A stretch of 64,000 bases of DNA from an uncultured Candidatus Peribacteria bacterium (GCA_964356355.1 CAYHGX010000001.1:68299-132298); one strand, 5' to 3'; counted from the stretch's first letter, positions 40,625 to 49,320 are shown. Made by a program: numbers and translations. The notes: generated by a model not told the origin, from the letters alone.

Positions 40625-41314
40625 TTAGATCTTTACTGCCTCGTCGATGGCATCTACGGGAGAGAGTAATGTGTTTTGTACTTTGGAGAAGGCTCCGGTG
40701 ATGCTGGTGATGATTTTAGTGAAAAATCCTGCTACTTTGCCTGCGGTGATATTGATGGCTGGTCCCAGCAGAGGGATTTTTGCAATTTGAGATCTTACTA
40801 TTTCAAGGTTTTTGCTAAGGCCGCGTTCAGCGATGTCATGAATGGCTTGGATTGGTATTTTGAATGCGTTTCCGGCGGCGCGTGCTAGTGAAGTTATAAT
40901 TTTTAATGGTTTTTTGAGAAAGCCAACAGGGTCTGAGAGTGTTTTGATTGGTTGAAGTACGGCTCCAACGGTTCCTGCTACTGCGGCTTCGGCGGCGTTG
41001 CCGATGGGGGCTGCGACGTCGAGGGCCCGGCGGGCAATGTTGCCTGCCGTGGCGTCTAGTGCGTTGCCGGCAATGGCAAATGGACTTTCGATAAGGCTGT
41101 ATTCTTCCTGATCTGCAAGTTGATATCTAAGAGCTGTGCGGATTTGTTCGTCAATATTGCGAATTCCTGTTGCGGCACCGTTGCCGGTATTGAGGATGCC
41201 ATCTCTAAGAATTGTGAACTTAGATCTGTCCTCGGAAGCTTCTGGAGCTTGGGGTGGGCACTGTGGGGCAGCTGGTGCTGCTTGTTCTGGTTGTGATTCT
41301 GGTGCTTCGGGCAT
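40625..41314 (-). CDS. Hypothetical protein with Pro/Ala/Gln-rich N-terminus and recurrent AGNA/AGxV motifs
   Basis: The 229-aa ORF has a low-complexity N-terminus (PEAPESQPEQAAPAAPQCPPQAPE) and an Ala/Gly/Ile-rich body. No recognisable domain. Confidence 0.5.
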   Translation of the reverse strand: MPEAPESQPEQAAPAAPQCPPQAPEASEDRSKFTILRDGILNTGNGAATGIRNIDEQIRTALRYQLADQEEYSLIESPFAIAGNALDATAGNIARRALDVAAPIGNAAEAAVAGTVGAVLQPIKTLSDPVGFLKKPLKIITSLARAAGNAFKIPIQAIHDIAERGLSKNLEIVRSQIAKIPLLGPAINITAGKVAGFFTKIITSITGAFSKVQNTLLSPVDAIDEAVKI

Positions 41315-41371
41315 TTGTAAAAATCAAAAGTATTCTTGATTATAGGAGCTTTTTTGAATTTGTCAAATGTA

Positions 41372-42427
41372 TTAACAAAATGCATCGACAAGGACTATTG
41401 CGGCCATGGCTTCGGCGACTGGGATGATTCTTGGGGCGAGGCAGGAGTCGTGGCGGCCGAGGGTGGTGATATCGGCGTTTTTGAAAGAGGAGTTGATGGT
41501 GTGGAGGGGCTTGGAAATGCTTGGAACTGGTTTTATGGCTAAGCGCATTACGATATCTTCACCAGTGGAGATTCCTCCAAGGATGCCGCCGGAGTGGTTG
41601 GAAAGAAATTTGACTTTGCCTTTTTCTGAGCGCATTTGATCGTTGTTTTGGCTGCCTTTGAGGTTTACGACGTTAAATCCTTCGCCGATTTCAAAGCCTT
41701 TAACTGCTCCAATGGACATCATGGCTTTAGCAAGTTTGGCGCTGAGTTTATCGAAAACAGGATCTCCGAGTCCTTTTGGTGGATTTTTGATGACGATTTC
41801 GATGATGGCGCCGAGGGAATCGGCTTCTTTCATGCGGGCTTGTTCAATTAATTTGATCATCCTAGGAGCGATGTTGCTGTCTGCACAGCGGACTTCGTTT
41901 TTTTCGATAAATGATTTGTCGAAGGATTTGGCTTTAACATTGCCAACTTGGATGGTGTGGCCGAAGATTTCGGTTTTATTTGTTAGCTTTAAGAGCTTTT
42001 TGGCGATGGCCCCGGCCATAACGCGACAAATGGTTTCGCGGCCTGAGGAGCGCCCGCCGCCACGATAATCGCGGTGGCCATATTTAAGGTCGTAGGTGAA
42101 GTCGCTGTGGCCGGGCCGGTACAGGTCTTTAATTTTACTGTAATCCTGGCTGCGAGTGTCTTTGTTGTGAACAATTATGGAGATTGGGGTGCCGGTGGTG
42201 AGTCCTTCAAAAACACCGGAAAGAATTTCCACTTGGTCTTCTTCGCGGCGGGTGGTTGAGATTTTAGAAAATGCTGCCGGGCGCCGGCGGTCTACCTCTT
42301 TTTGAATATCTTTTTCGCTTAATTCCAGCCCTGTAGGGCAGCCGTCAATTACTACACCTAAAGCTTTTCCATGGGATTCGCCCCAGGTGGTAACTTTAAA
42401 ATTGTGGCCAAAGGTGTTTCCGGGCAT
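41372..42427 (-). CDS. aroC: Chorismate synthase
   Basis: The N-terminus is MPGNTFG..F.VTTWGESHG.ALG.VIDGCP.G. Other motifs are RPGHSD, GGGRSSGRET and SGGILGGIS. Confidence 0.93.
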   Translation of the reverse strand: MPGNTFGHNFKVTTWGESHGKALGVVIDGCPTGLELSEKDIQKEVDRRRPAAFSKISTTRREEDQVEILSGVFEGLTTGTPISIIVHNKDTRSQDYSKIKDLYRPGHSDFTYDLKYGHRDYRGGGRSSGRETICRVMAGAIAKKLLKLTNKTEIFGHTIQVGNVKAKSFDKSFIEKNEVRCADSNIAPRMIKLIEQARMKEADSLGAIIEIVIKNPPKGLGDPVFDKLSAKLAKAMMSIGAVKGFEIGEGFNVVNLKGSQNNDQMRSEKGKVKFLSNHSGGILGGISTGEDIVMRLAIKPVPSISKPLHTINSSFKNADITTLGRHDSCLAPRIIPVAEAMAAIVLVDAFC

Positions 42428-42515
42428 GGGGAAGGGTTAGATATAATTAGAATAGCATCGCTTGTTTTGGTGGCCTTTTACTTTGGGTTGACATTTCTGC
42501 TTCTCGTGGTAAGAT

Positions 42516-43142
42516 GTGCCTCTTTTAATAAACTATATGCAGGAAGGTCCCCAATTGCCAGCATGGCTAGTAGCTGAACGCGGAGAGACGATGCAGTTGA
42601 TTGATAAGATATTACAGAGGCCTGACTTAGCTCAATGTGTTGTTCAGGCTGAAAATCCATATCCTAATGAGCAGATTCGATATGAATACAGGAATGGAAA
42701 TAGAGTTTATACGATTATAGTTTTTGGAGAATCGAATTATTCGAGAGAAAAGCCTGCTTTTGCACCTCACTATATGTTTGAAGCTAGGATTGATAACGGT
42801 ACTCCTTATAATCCAAGTGATGGAGATGTGAAGGCTGATGTTGATTTTGCAGGTCGTCGTAGGTTTGAGTTTTATTATCCTCCTAAACCTGGGGAAAGGT
42901 TTTCATATAGGGATGATCGACAAGATAATACTCATGGAAATAGTCCTGAGATTTTGTATTGGCAAGAAGAGCTAATGGGAAAGACGGGAAGTCAGGCTCT
43001 TATGGAGATATTGAAGCAATTTGAATCGGCTCCAGCTTCTGAGGAGGTTCCGCGTTCAGCTATGGTTAAAATACAGGCTTTTGTTGATGTGTTACGAAGC
43101 GCTGTTGGGTATAGACCGCGATATGATAAGCCGAAGAGATAG
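42516..43142 (+). CDS. Hypothetical protein
   Basis: The ~208-aa ORF has ordinary composition and no recognisable domain. Alternative starts are at 42537 and 42591. Confidence 0.45.
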   Translation: MPLLINYMQEGPQLPAWLVAERGETMQLIDKILQRPDLAQCVVQAENPYPNEQIRYEYRNGNRVYTIIVFGESNYSREKPAFAPHYMFEARIDNGTPYNPSDGDVKADVDFAGRRRFEFYYPPKPGERFSYRDDRQDNTHGNSPEILYWQEELMGKTGSQALMEILKQFESAPASEEVPRSAMVKIQAFVDVLRSAVGYRPRYDKPKR

Positions 43143-43219
43143 ATTAATGGGGGGGTGTAACTAAAAAACTGCCTTTGGGTTATTCCAAGGGCAGTTTTAA
43201 ATTGTATTAGGTTTCTGGT

Positions 43220-43507
43220 TTACGCTTCGTCAGTAGCTGTTTCTTCGGCTACGTCCTCTTCTTCGCCTTTTTTAACTTTCTTTACTTTCTTTTCGGCTTC
43301 GGATTGAGCTTTTTTCATCTTGGCTACGAACTTATCAACACGTCCGGATGTATCTACTAGTTTCTGTTTGCCGGTGTAGAAAGGGTGGCAGGCTGAGCAG
43401 ATTTCAGTGCTGAAGTCTTTGCCTAGAGTGGAGCCAGCTTTGAACTCGCCGCCGCAAAGGCATTTGAAAGTGATTTCTGTGTATTTTGGGTGAATTTCTG
43501 ATTTCAT
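43220..43507 (-). CDS. rpmE: 50S ribosomal protein L31 with K/E-rich C-terminal tail
   Basis: MKSEIHPKY...C.CG.......ST......[22 protein letters not shown] matches L31. I chose ATG 43507 because the longer track ORF (to 43573) adds non-homologous residues and overlaps the upstream gene. Confidence 0.9.
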   Translation of the reverse strand: MKSEIHPKYTEITFKCLCGGEFKAGSTLGKDFSTEICSACHPFYTGKQKLVDTSGRVDKFVAKMKKAQSEAEKKVKKVKKGEEEDVAEETATDEA

Positions 43508-43526
43508 AATGGAGATAGGATAATGT

Positions 43527-43593
43527 TGCCTCGCTACGGCGCAGGCGCGCTCGGCGGGTTTATTTGTTAGCACTTTGCTGCGCTTCGCGCTTA
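43527..43593 (-). repeat. Copy c of the same element, upstream of rpmE
   Basis: The plus-strand sequence is ttgcctcgctacggcgcaggcgcgctcggcgggtttatTTGTTAGCACTTTGCTgcgcttcgcgcttag. It overlaps the last codons of the surface-protein gene and ends ~20 nt upstream of the rpmE start. Confidence 0.6.
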
Positions 43594-44804
43594 GTGCTGT
43601 GAATATACTTAAAGTATACTAGTAATGCAAGTAAAATTATGATTAGAGAGAGTATCAGCTCTTTGTAAAGTCCAAGGTTTAAAACTGAAACTTGAAAGTT
43701 TTTGGTCACTTCTTCTCCATTGGAATCTTTTATTGTGAGTTTAACCTTGTGTTCTCCTGTTTTTTTGAATGTGTAATTTAGGGCGTTGCCTTCTCTTTGA
43801 ATTTTGTCGTCAATTGTCCAGCTGTAGCTAACTATTTGCCCATCTTCATCAATGGAAGGAGTGGCATCAAAGGTGTAATTTTCAAATACTCCAATTTTAT
43901 CGGTTTCTTTTTTCAGGATGATTTTTGGTGCTTTGTTTATGGGGAAGGGATCTTCTTTGTCTGGAAGGCTGTCATTGTCGTCGTCGATGTCGAGGTTGTT
44001 GCCGATGGAATCATTGTCGGTATCAAGGGTTTCATTTGGATCAAGAGGGAAGGCGTCGTTTTTGTCGTTGGTACCATCTCCATCAGTATCGGCTTTAAGG
44101 GGATCAGTTCCAGAATTTGTTTCATCAATATCGCTAACTTCGTCATTGTCATCATCGGTGTCTGCTATGTTGCCGATGCCATCTTTGTCGGTATCGAGAG
44201 TTTCATTTGCATCTAGAGGCATGTCGTCGAATTTGTCTGGTACGCCGTCTCCATCGTCATCTAGGTCGGCGTTGTCTCCTTTTCCGTCTCCGTCTGTGTC
44301 ATATTGCTCTTTGCTGTTGAGAGGAAAGGCGTCTTTGGTGTCTTCAACTCCATCGCCGTCGTCATCTAGGTCGGCACTATTGGCAATTCCATCATGATCG
44401 GTGTCTTGGATAACGAAGATTTCGCTAACGATCCAATTGTTGGAGGGGTCGTCGATTTCTGGTTGCCATGGAAAAATTTTGACTGCAATTTTGTGGTTTC
44501 CGGCGGTTGGTGTCCAGTCTATAAAGGTGCCATCTGTGTTGCCTTTGTAGATGGAGACTGCTTGGTCACCGCCAATCTGCTTACTGTTGTCGTAAAAACG
44601 AACAACGCCGAGGAGGTCCTTGGTGCTGTTGTTTTTTGTGCTTGAATAGATTCTGATTGGTGAGCCTTCTAGGAACTTATCTGTTGAGAAGGTGATTTTC
44701 TCGCTGTTGATGGAGATGTCTCCGCTAAATGCTGCATAGGCTACTTGTGTAAAAGCGAGTAGAAATGCAGGAATAAGACCTAGTTTTCGTATTTTTATTT
44801 TCAT
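43560..44804 (-). CDS. Secreted, C-terminally anchored surface protein: CARDB-like domain, thrombospondin type-3 Ca-binding repeats, PKD domain
   Basis: The signal peptide reads ..AFTQVAYA. About 8 DxDxDGxxDxxD-type repeats follow ([22 protein letters not shown] and similar). A PKD-like segment ([18 protein letters not shown]) and a C-terminal TM helix complete the protein. Confidence 0.8.
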   Translation of the reverse strand: MKIKIRKLGLIPAFLLAFTQVAYAAFSGDISINSEKITFSTDKFLEGSPIRIYSSTKNNSTKDLLGVVRFYDNSKQIGGDQAVSIYKGNTDGTFIDWTPTAGNHKIAVKIFPWQPEIDDPSNNWIVSEIFVIQDTDHDGIANSADLDDDGDGVEDTKDAFPLNSKEQYDTDGDGKGDNADLDDDGDGVPDKFDDMPLDANETLDTDKDGIGNIADTDDDNDEVSDIDETNSGTDPLKADTDGDGTNDKNDAFPLDPNETLDTDNDSIGNNLDIDDDNDSLPDKEDPFPINKAPKIILKKETDKIGVFENYTFDATPSIDEDGQIVSYSWTIDDKIQREGNALNYTFKKTGEHKVKLTIKDSNGEEVTKNFQVSVLNLGLYKELILSLIIILLALLVYFKYIHSTKREAQQSANK

Positions 44805-47443
44805 TATGAACTGATTAGTTCTTGTTGGTTTTCTTCAACTTCTGGTACTACATAGCCATCTTCGCCTTCTTCGATAACGTCGATGACGGAGATTCCGGCT
44901 ACTTTATCGGCAGGCTTTAGGCGCATTAGGTAAACACCTTGAGTGGCGCGGCCTTGAGAAGGGATATTCTTTACGTGTAGGCGAATTACTTGTCCTGATT
45001 TTGAGATCATGATGAGATCGGCGTTGGTGTTGGTTTCAATGATTTTGGCGCCAATGATTTTGCCGGTTTTTGTGGTGATGTTTGCGGTCTTAACTCCACT
45101 ACCTCCACGTGATTGGAAGCGGTAATCGGTAACTTTGGTCATCTTTCCGAGACCGTTTTCCATGATTACGAGCAGTTCTGCGGTTTCTGGTGCTTTGATG
45201 GCATCCATTTCCACTACTTCATCGCTGCCTTTGAGGCGGATTCCACGAACTCCAATTGAAGGACGGCCCATTGGGCGGCAATCTTCTTCGTTGAAGCGGA
45301 TGCATTTGCCTTCGCGACTTACTAGGATGATTTCGTCTTTATCTCCAACTTCACGGATCCATTCAAGTGAATCTTCGGGGCGAAGCTTGATGGCGATCAG
45401 TCCGGTTTTTCTTACATTTCCGAAGTCTTCAACTGGGGTTTTTTTGATTGTACCCATCTTTGTGGCCATGAATAGATATTTGCCACTGAATTTTTCGCCT
45501 GTAGAAAGGATGGCAGTAACGTGTTCGTCATCTTGTAGTTGTAGTAGATTTACGATGGCCTGGCCTTTTGCTGTACGGGAGGCCATTGGGATTTCGTATA
45601 CTGGAAGTTTGAAGACGCGTCCTTTATTAGTGAAGTAGAGGAGTTCATCGTGATTTTGAGTTTTCTTGATGAGTTTGATTTCGTCCTCTTCTTTGGTGGT
45701 GCCGCCGATTATGCCTTTTCCTCCGCGGTGTTGGCTGCGGAAGGTGTTGGTTGGAATGCGCTTGATGTAGTTTTCACGGCTGAGCATTACGATTACCGGT
45801 TCGTTTGGAATTGTGTCTTTTTGGGAAATGCTGTTGATAGCATGTGGAACGATTTCGGTTCTGCGCGGATCGGCATATTTTTCTTTCATTTCAGCCATTT
45901 CCTCCTGCATAATTTTGAGAACTTTGTTGACGTCGGCCAGAATTCCTTCTAGGTGCATAATAAGGGCGATTTTTTCTGCTAGTTCATCTTCGATTTTTTT
46001 GCGCTCAAGACCTGCGAGAGTTTGTAGACGCATGTCGAGAATGGCTTTACCTTGAAGCTCTGAGAGTTTGAATTTTTTCATCAGTTGCTCGAGGGCTTCT
46101 TCTTTGTCTGCTGATTTGCGAATAACGGCGATCACTTCATCGATATGATCGAGGGCGATTTTCAGTCCTTCGAGGATGTGGGCCCTGGCTTTAGCCATTT
46201 TTAGCTCGTATTCGGTGCGTCGTGTGATAACTACTTTTCGGTGAGTGATGAAGTGCTCAAGTACCTGTTTAAGGTCTAGTAGATGCGGTTGAATTTCGTC
46301 TACGAGTGCGATCATGTTCATGTTGAACGATGATTGAAGCTGTGTGAATTTGAAAAGTTGGTTGAGGATTTTTTTAGGATAACTATCTTTTTTGAGCTCG
46401 ATCATAATTCTCATACCGTCTTTGTTGGACTCGTCTCTGATATCGGTGATGCCAACTACCTTTTTATCGCGAACTAGTTCGGCAATTTTGGTGATGAGGT
46501 TGGCTTTGTTTACTTGGTAGGGGATTTCGCTAACGATGATTTCGAATTTGCCGTTTTTTCTTTCTCTGATGTCGGTGCGGCCACGAACTACCATGCCGCC
46601 GCGGCCTGTAGTGTAGGCGGTGCGGACGTCATCGATGTTGTAGAGGATGCCTCCAGTTGGGAAATCGGGACCTTTAATGAATTCCATGAGTTCTGGAATT
46701 GTGGCTTCGGGATTTTTTGAGAGGTGAATTAGGCCGTCGATAACCTCTCCAAGATTGTGTGGAGGGATGTTTGTGGCCATACCAACGGCAATACCGGTAG
46801 AACCGTTGAGGAGTAGTTGTGGGAGCTTGGTAGGAAGAACGGTAGGTTCTAGGTGACGGCCATCGTAGTTTTCTCTCCAGCTAACTGTTTCTTTTTCAAT
46901 ATCTGTGAGCATTTCGTCCGTGATTTTTTCCATTTTGGCCTCGGTATAACGCATGGCCGCTGCGCTGTCACCGTCGATGGAACCAAAGTTTCCTTGTCCT
47001 CTTACTAGGGTGTAACGCATGGCGAAATCTTGGGCCATACGAACCATTGAGTCATAAACTGCGGAATCGCCGTGGGGATGATATTTACCCAACACTTCAC
47101 CGACAACGGTGGCGGATTTTCGGAAGGAGGCTGAGGAGCGAAGACCCATTTCATTCATGGCGTGCAGGATTCTGCGGTGAACTGGTTTCATGCCGTCTCT
47201 GACGTCTGGAAGGGCTCTGGACACGATTACGCTCATGGCATATTCGAGGTAGCTGGTTTCCATTTCGTCGGAGATGTTACGTGGGCGGAGGCCTTCGTGA
47301 TTGGTGAAAAGATCGCCTTCGAGGGCGGTTTCAGTGGAGGAGTTTACGGATTCGGAGTTGTCCTCTGATTCTTGGTTTTCTAGATTTTCGTCGTTTTGAT
47401 TTTCCTCTTCTTGATCTTCTGGATTGGTATTTTCGTCTGACAC
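44804..47443 (-). CDS. gyrA: DNA gyrase subunit A with ~45-aa acidic N-terminal extension
   Basis: Motifs are [26 protein letters not shown], the active-site region AAMRYTE and the QRRGG-like GyrA box (SQHRGGKG). C-terminal beta-pinwheel repeats are present. Confidence 0.95.
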   Translation of the reverse strand: MSDENTNPEDQEEENQNDENLENQESEDNSESVNSSTETALEGDLFTNHEGLRPRNISDEMETSYLEYAMSVIVSRALPDVRDGMKPVHRRILHAMNEMGLRSSASFRKSATVVGEVLGKYHPHGDSAVYDSMVRMAQDFAMRYTLVRGQGNFGSIDGDSAAAMRYTEAKMEKITDEMLTDIEKETVSWRENYDGRHLEPTVLPTKLPQLLLNGSTGIAVGMATNIPPHNLGEVIDGLIHLSKNPEATIPELMEFIKGPDFPTGGILYNIDDVRTAYTTGRGGMVVRGRTDIRERKNGKFEIIVSEIPYQVNKANLITKIAELVRDKKVVGITDIRDESNKDGMRIMIELKKDSYPKKILNQLFKFTQLQSSFNMNMIALVDEIQPHLLDLKQVLEHFITHRKVVITRRTEYELKMAKARAHILEGLKIALDHIDEVIAVIRKSADKEEALEQLMKKFKLSELQGKAILDMRLQTLAGLERKKIEDELAEKIALIMHLEGILADVNKVLKIMQEEMAEMKEKYADPRRTEIVPHAINSISQKDTIPNEPVIVMLSRENYIKRIPTNTFRSQHRGGKGIIGGTTKEEDEIKLIKKTQNHDELLYFTNKGRVFKLPVYEIPMASRTAKGQAIVNLLQLQDDEHVTAILSTGEKFSGKYLFMATKMGTIKKTPVEDFGNVRKTGLIAIKLRPEDSLEWIREVGDKDEIILVSREGKCIRFNEEDCRPMGRPSIGVRGIRLKGSDEVVEMDAIKAPETAELLVIMENGLGKMTKVTDYRFQSRGGSGVKTANITTKTGKIIGAKIIETNTNADLIMISKSGQVIRLHVKNIPSQGRATQGVYLMRLKPADKVAGISVIDVIEEGEDGYVVPEVEENQQELISS

Positions 47444-47515
47444 GGGAAGGTTGGTTAGAAATTTTCTGGGTGGATATTATCATAAAAACTTGGGTTGCGA
47501 AAATGGGGAATGTGG

Positions 47516-47543
47516 TTGACTTTGTGCGCTAATATGGTAAAGT
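47516..47543 (+). promoter_or_regulatory. Putative sigma-70-type promoter of cassette 1
   Basis: TTGACT-N16-TAAAGT is preceded by TGg (extended -10). The same architecture recurs at 48294, and similar architectures recur at 49373 and 59036. Confidence 0.45.
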
Positions 47544-47874
47544 GTGCGTCTGTGATTTTTGAAAAGTGGGCGTTCAAGATTTTAGGGATGAAGGTTTTCG
47601 TGGAAATTTTTTCCCTGAGGGTTTGACTTCGGGTTCGTTTCTTGGCTTGTAGAAGAGCTGTCTGCTGATTTCAGCGGATTGGTGCATTCTCGCTGGATAA
47701 CGATTTTGACAAGAAGGTAATAAGAAGAATTTTTGGGTTTGGTCTGTTTTGCTGGGGGCTAAGAGATTGTTATGGAAATCGTGGAGACGATTTTGTAGCA
47801 GTTTGCTAGACCCCGGCAAATCAACAGCCGGCGGCATGAGCGGGTTAGGAGCCCGCGTTTCGAAGGAGTTTGCC
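47544..47874 (+). repeat. Leader module copy 1 (AT-rich, ~330 nt), paralogous to 48322-48661
   Basis: It is colinear with copy 2 through conserved blocks: TTTAGGGATGAAG, TTTTCCCTG.GGTTTGACT, GTA.AAGAGCT, CGATTTTGACAA.AAGGT.ATA and TTAGACCCCGGCAA.T..ACAGCCGG.GGC. Both copies have a GCGGG..CCCGC hairpin just before the Shine-Dalgarno sequence. Confidence 0.7.
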
Positions 47875-48096
47875 ATGTATGGTAATCGTCTTCCGCTCGC
47901 TGTGCGTGTGATCGATGGGGACCGGGTGGTCCCCACCGATATAGTCGAGGTGCTCGGCCCGGTCCTGGGTGCCGTGGTGGGGGTGGCCATCCGGCCCACG
48001 GAGCGCGGCGAGCAGTCCCAAAAGTGGGTCTGCGGTTACGATCCCACCAAGGCCTGCTCGGTGGGTCCGAGCTGCCGCGCCGCGCGCCGCGGCTGA
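47875..48096 (+). CDS. Small high-GC ORF P1 (73 aa, 3 Cys near C-terminus), unknown function
   Basis: AAGGAG lies 7 nt upstream of the ATG. Third-codon-position G+C is 45/50 by hand count over 47944-48093, against 30/50 at second positions, which is the periodicity expected of a high-GC coding sequence. The peptide is MYGNRLPLAVRVIDGDRVVPTDIVEVLGPVLGAVVGVAIRPTERGEQSQKWVCGYDPTKACSVGPSCRAARRG. I recognise no homologue. Confidence 0.45.
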   Translation: MYGNRLPLAVRVIDGDRVVPTDIVEVLGPVLGAVVGVAIRPTERGEQSQKWVCGYDPTKACSVGPSCRAARRG

Positions 48097-48190
48097 TTTC
48101 CTAGGATCGCTACGATGCCAGGGCCACTCTTCGGCCCATTCGCGGCGCTGTTAACGTTCCTAGGCCAATCCGCACCACCCCGGCCTCTGC

Positions 48191-48256
48191 AGACCAGCCC
48201 CCGGCCGCACTCTCACGAGCGCGCGCCGGGGGCTGGTCTTGCACTTTTTTCTTTTT
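48191..48256 (+). terminator. Rho-independent terminator of cassette 1
   Basis: The 15-bp perfect stem is AGACCAGCCCCCGGC/GCCGGGGGCTGGTCT (48191-48205 and 48225-48239). It is followed by tgcacTTTTTTcTTTTT. Confidence 0.7.
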
Positions 48257-48293
48257 ACCTTCTTGTGTCTTCTAATTTAGTTGGCTTTCACCA

Positions 48294-48321
48294 TTGACTT
48301 TTTCAGTGAATATGCTACAGT
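48294..48321 (+). promoter_or_regulatory. Putative sigma-70-type promoter of cassette 2
   Basis: TTGACT-N16-TACAGT is preceded by TGc (extended -10). It is positionally equivalent to the cassette 1 promoter. Confidence 0.45.
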
Positions 48322-48661
48322 CTTCAGCTTTAGTTATTTGAAATGCAGGAAAATGTTTAGGGATGAAGTTCTTAACGCTTGAGGGCGTAGATAAGAGTTT
48401 TTCCCTGGAGGTTTGACTCTAGGATCGCATCTGGGTTTGTAAAAGAGCTATTGGCTGCTTTGGCGGCTGATCGGTGACTTTTCGCCCCCTTCGCGATTTT
48501 GACAACAAGGTGATAGAAAATTTTTAAATTGGTCTTGGCTGATTGCAGGGGTTTACGAGTTTCTTAGATGATCGTTTTATGGGCGATTTATAAGAGACTG
48601 TTAGACCCCGGCAATTGACAGCCGGAGGCGAGTGCGGGCGTAGGCCCGCGGAGATGTGCAG
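48322..48661 (+). repeat. Leader module copy 2, paralogous to 47544-47874
   Basis: It has the same conserved blocks and hairpins as copy 1, in the same order and with a similar total length. Confidence 0.7.
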
Positions 48662-48850
48662 ATGAAGGTTGCTCTTGTGGACTTCCGTGGTCAGGTGGTC
48701 GCGGTCGTGGAGTTCGTGATGATTCCGATGGGGCTGAGCGAGCCTCTGCGTGAGCGAGAAGGGCGCGATGTGCGGCCCGAGCCGCTGTGCGTGAATCCTC
48801 GTTGCCCGATCCATGGCGCCCGCAGTCAGCGGCCCGACAGCCACAACTGA
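48662..48850 (+). CDS. Small high-GC ORF P2 (62 aa, CxxxxC near C-terminus), unknown function
   Basis: GGAG lies 8 nt upstream of ATG 48662, and an in-frame GTG at 48656 is also possible. GC3 is high by eye. The peptide is MKVALVDFRGQVVAVVEFVMIPMGLSEPLREREGRDVRPEPLCVNPRCPIHGARSQRPDSHN. Confidence 0.45.
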   Translation: MKVALVDFRGQVVAVVEFVMIPMGLSEPLREREGRDVRPEPLCVNPRCPIHGARSQRPDSHN

Positions 48851-48855
48851 TCGTC

Positions 48856-48912
48856 TCGCGCCCGCGGCTTCACAGCCGCGGGCGCGATGAAGTGATCTTC
48901 TTCTTTTCTACT
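48856..48912 (+). terminator. GC-rich hairpin with interrupted T-rich tail after P2 (possibly leaky terminator)
   Basis: The 14-bp stem is TCGCGCCCGCGGCT/AGCCGCGGGCGCGA with a 4-nt loop (48856-48887). The tail is tgaagtgatcTTcTTcTTTTcT. Confidence 0.5.
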
Positions 48913-48972
48913 TCCGTTTCGAAAATCCCGGGGTTTTCTCGGGTGGTGTGCGGTCGGCCGACGACTGCGATC

Positions 48973-49230
48973 ATGGAGTGTGACATGGATTTCCGGAACT
49001 TGGAGCTGATGTTTGGAGCGATGAATGGCTTCGGGCGCGGCATGCTTGCCCATGCGGCGGAGCTCCGTATGGCCCGGGAGCGCGCGCTGGCGCGCGTCCC
49101 CGGCGCGGGCTTCGGGCCGAGTCTGCCGAGCGCGCGCCCGGCCGCCGACCGTCCGGTGCCGCCCTGCAACGCGTGGCAGCTGACCGCCCAGTCCTGGGCC
49201 GGTCAGCGCCACAGCATGAGCTGCCTCTGA
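48973..49230 (+). CDS. Small high-GC ORF P3 (85 aa, 2 Cys in the C-terminal third plus 1 near the N-terminus), unknown function
   Basis: It has a high-GC3 reading frame but no clear Shine-Dalgarno sequence or promoter of its own. It may be read through from cassette 2. An alternative ATG lies at 48985. Confidence 0.35.
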   Translation: MECDMDFRNLELMFGAMNGFGRGMLAHAAELRMARERALARVPGAGFGPSLPSARPAADRPVPPCNAWQLTAQSWAGQRHSMSCL

Positions 49231-49250
49231 GGCGGCTCACCCCGGCCAAA

Positions 49251-49320
49251 GGGGCGGCGGAATGAGGTTCGGGTTTCAAAGCCCCCTCGTCTCCGCCGCC
49301 CCTTAGGCATTTTCTTTTTC
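49251..49320 (+). terminator. Rho-independent terminator after P3
   Basis: The 11-bp outer stem is GGGGCGGCGGA/TCCGCCGCCCC (49251-49261 and 49292-49302) with further inner pairing. It is followed by ttaggcaTTTTcTTTTTc. Confidence 0.6.

Noticed and set aside
43508-43573. This is the N-terminal extension of the L31 ORF ([22 protein letters not shown]).
   Set aside because: It is not homologous to L31. It overlaps the stop region of the upstream surface-protein gene and the dispersed repeat copy c. The internal ATG at 43507 gives the canonical MKSEIHPKY start.
47544-47874. I considered whether the leader is a known riboswitch, T-box, tmRNA, RNase P or SRP RNA. GC-rich structured segments in an AT-rich genome are often RNA genes.
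   Set aside because: I found none of the signature sequences I know. That covers the T-box AGGGUGGNACCGCG, the RNase P P4 GAGGAAAGUCC, the tmRNA tag ORF with its tRNA-like end, and the SRP GGAA/AGCA domain IV. The downstream genes are not amino-acid-related. This needs a formal Rfam scan.
48363-48416. The mini-uORF product MKFLTLEGVDKSF resembles the N-terminus of ABC-transporter ATPases. I considered whether the leader is a decayed ABC ATPase gene.
   Set aside because: Translating the following ~250 nt in all three frames gave no Walker A or other ABC motifs, and stops occur frequently. Copy 1 lacks the LEGVDKS segment entirely.
47875-49320. I considered an integron-like cassette array, with small promoterless ORFs each followed by an imperfect inverted repeat (attC).
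   Set aside because: The window has no intI integrase and no GTTRRRY/RYYYAAC core sites at the hairpin ends. The hairpins are followed by T-tracts like intrinsic terminators. Cassettes 1 and 2 also carry their own promoter-like sequences.
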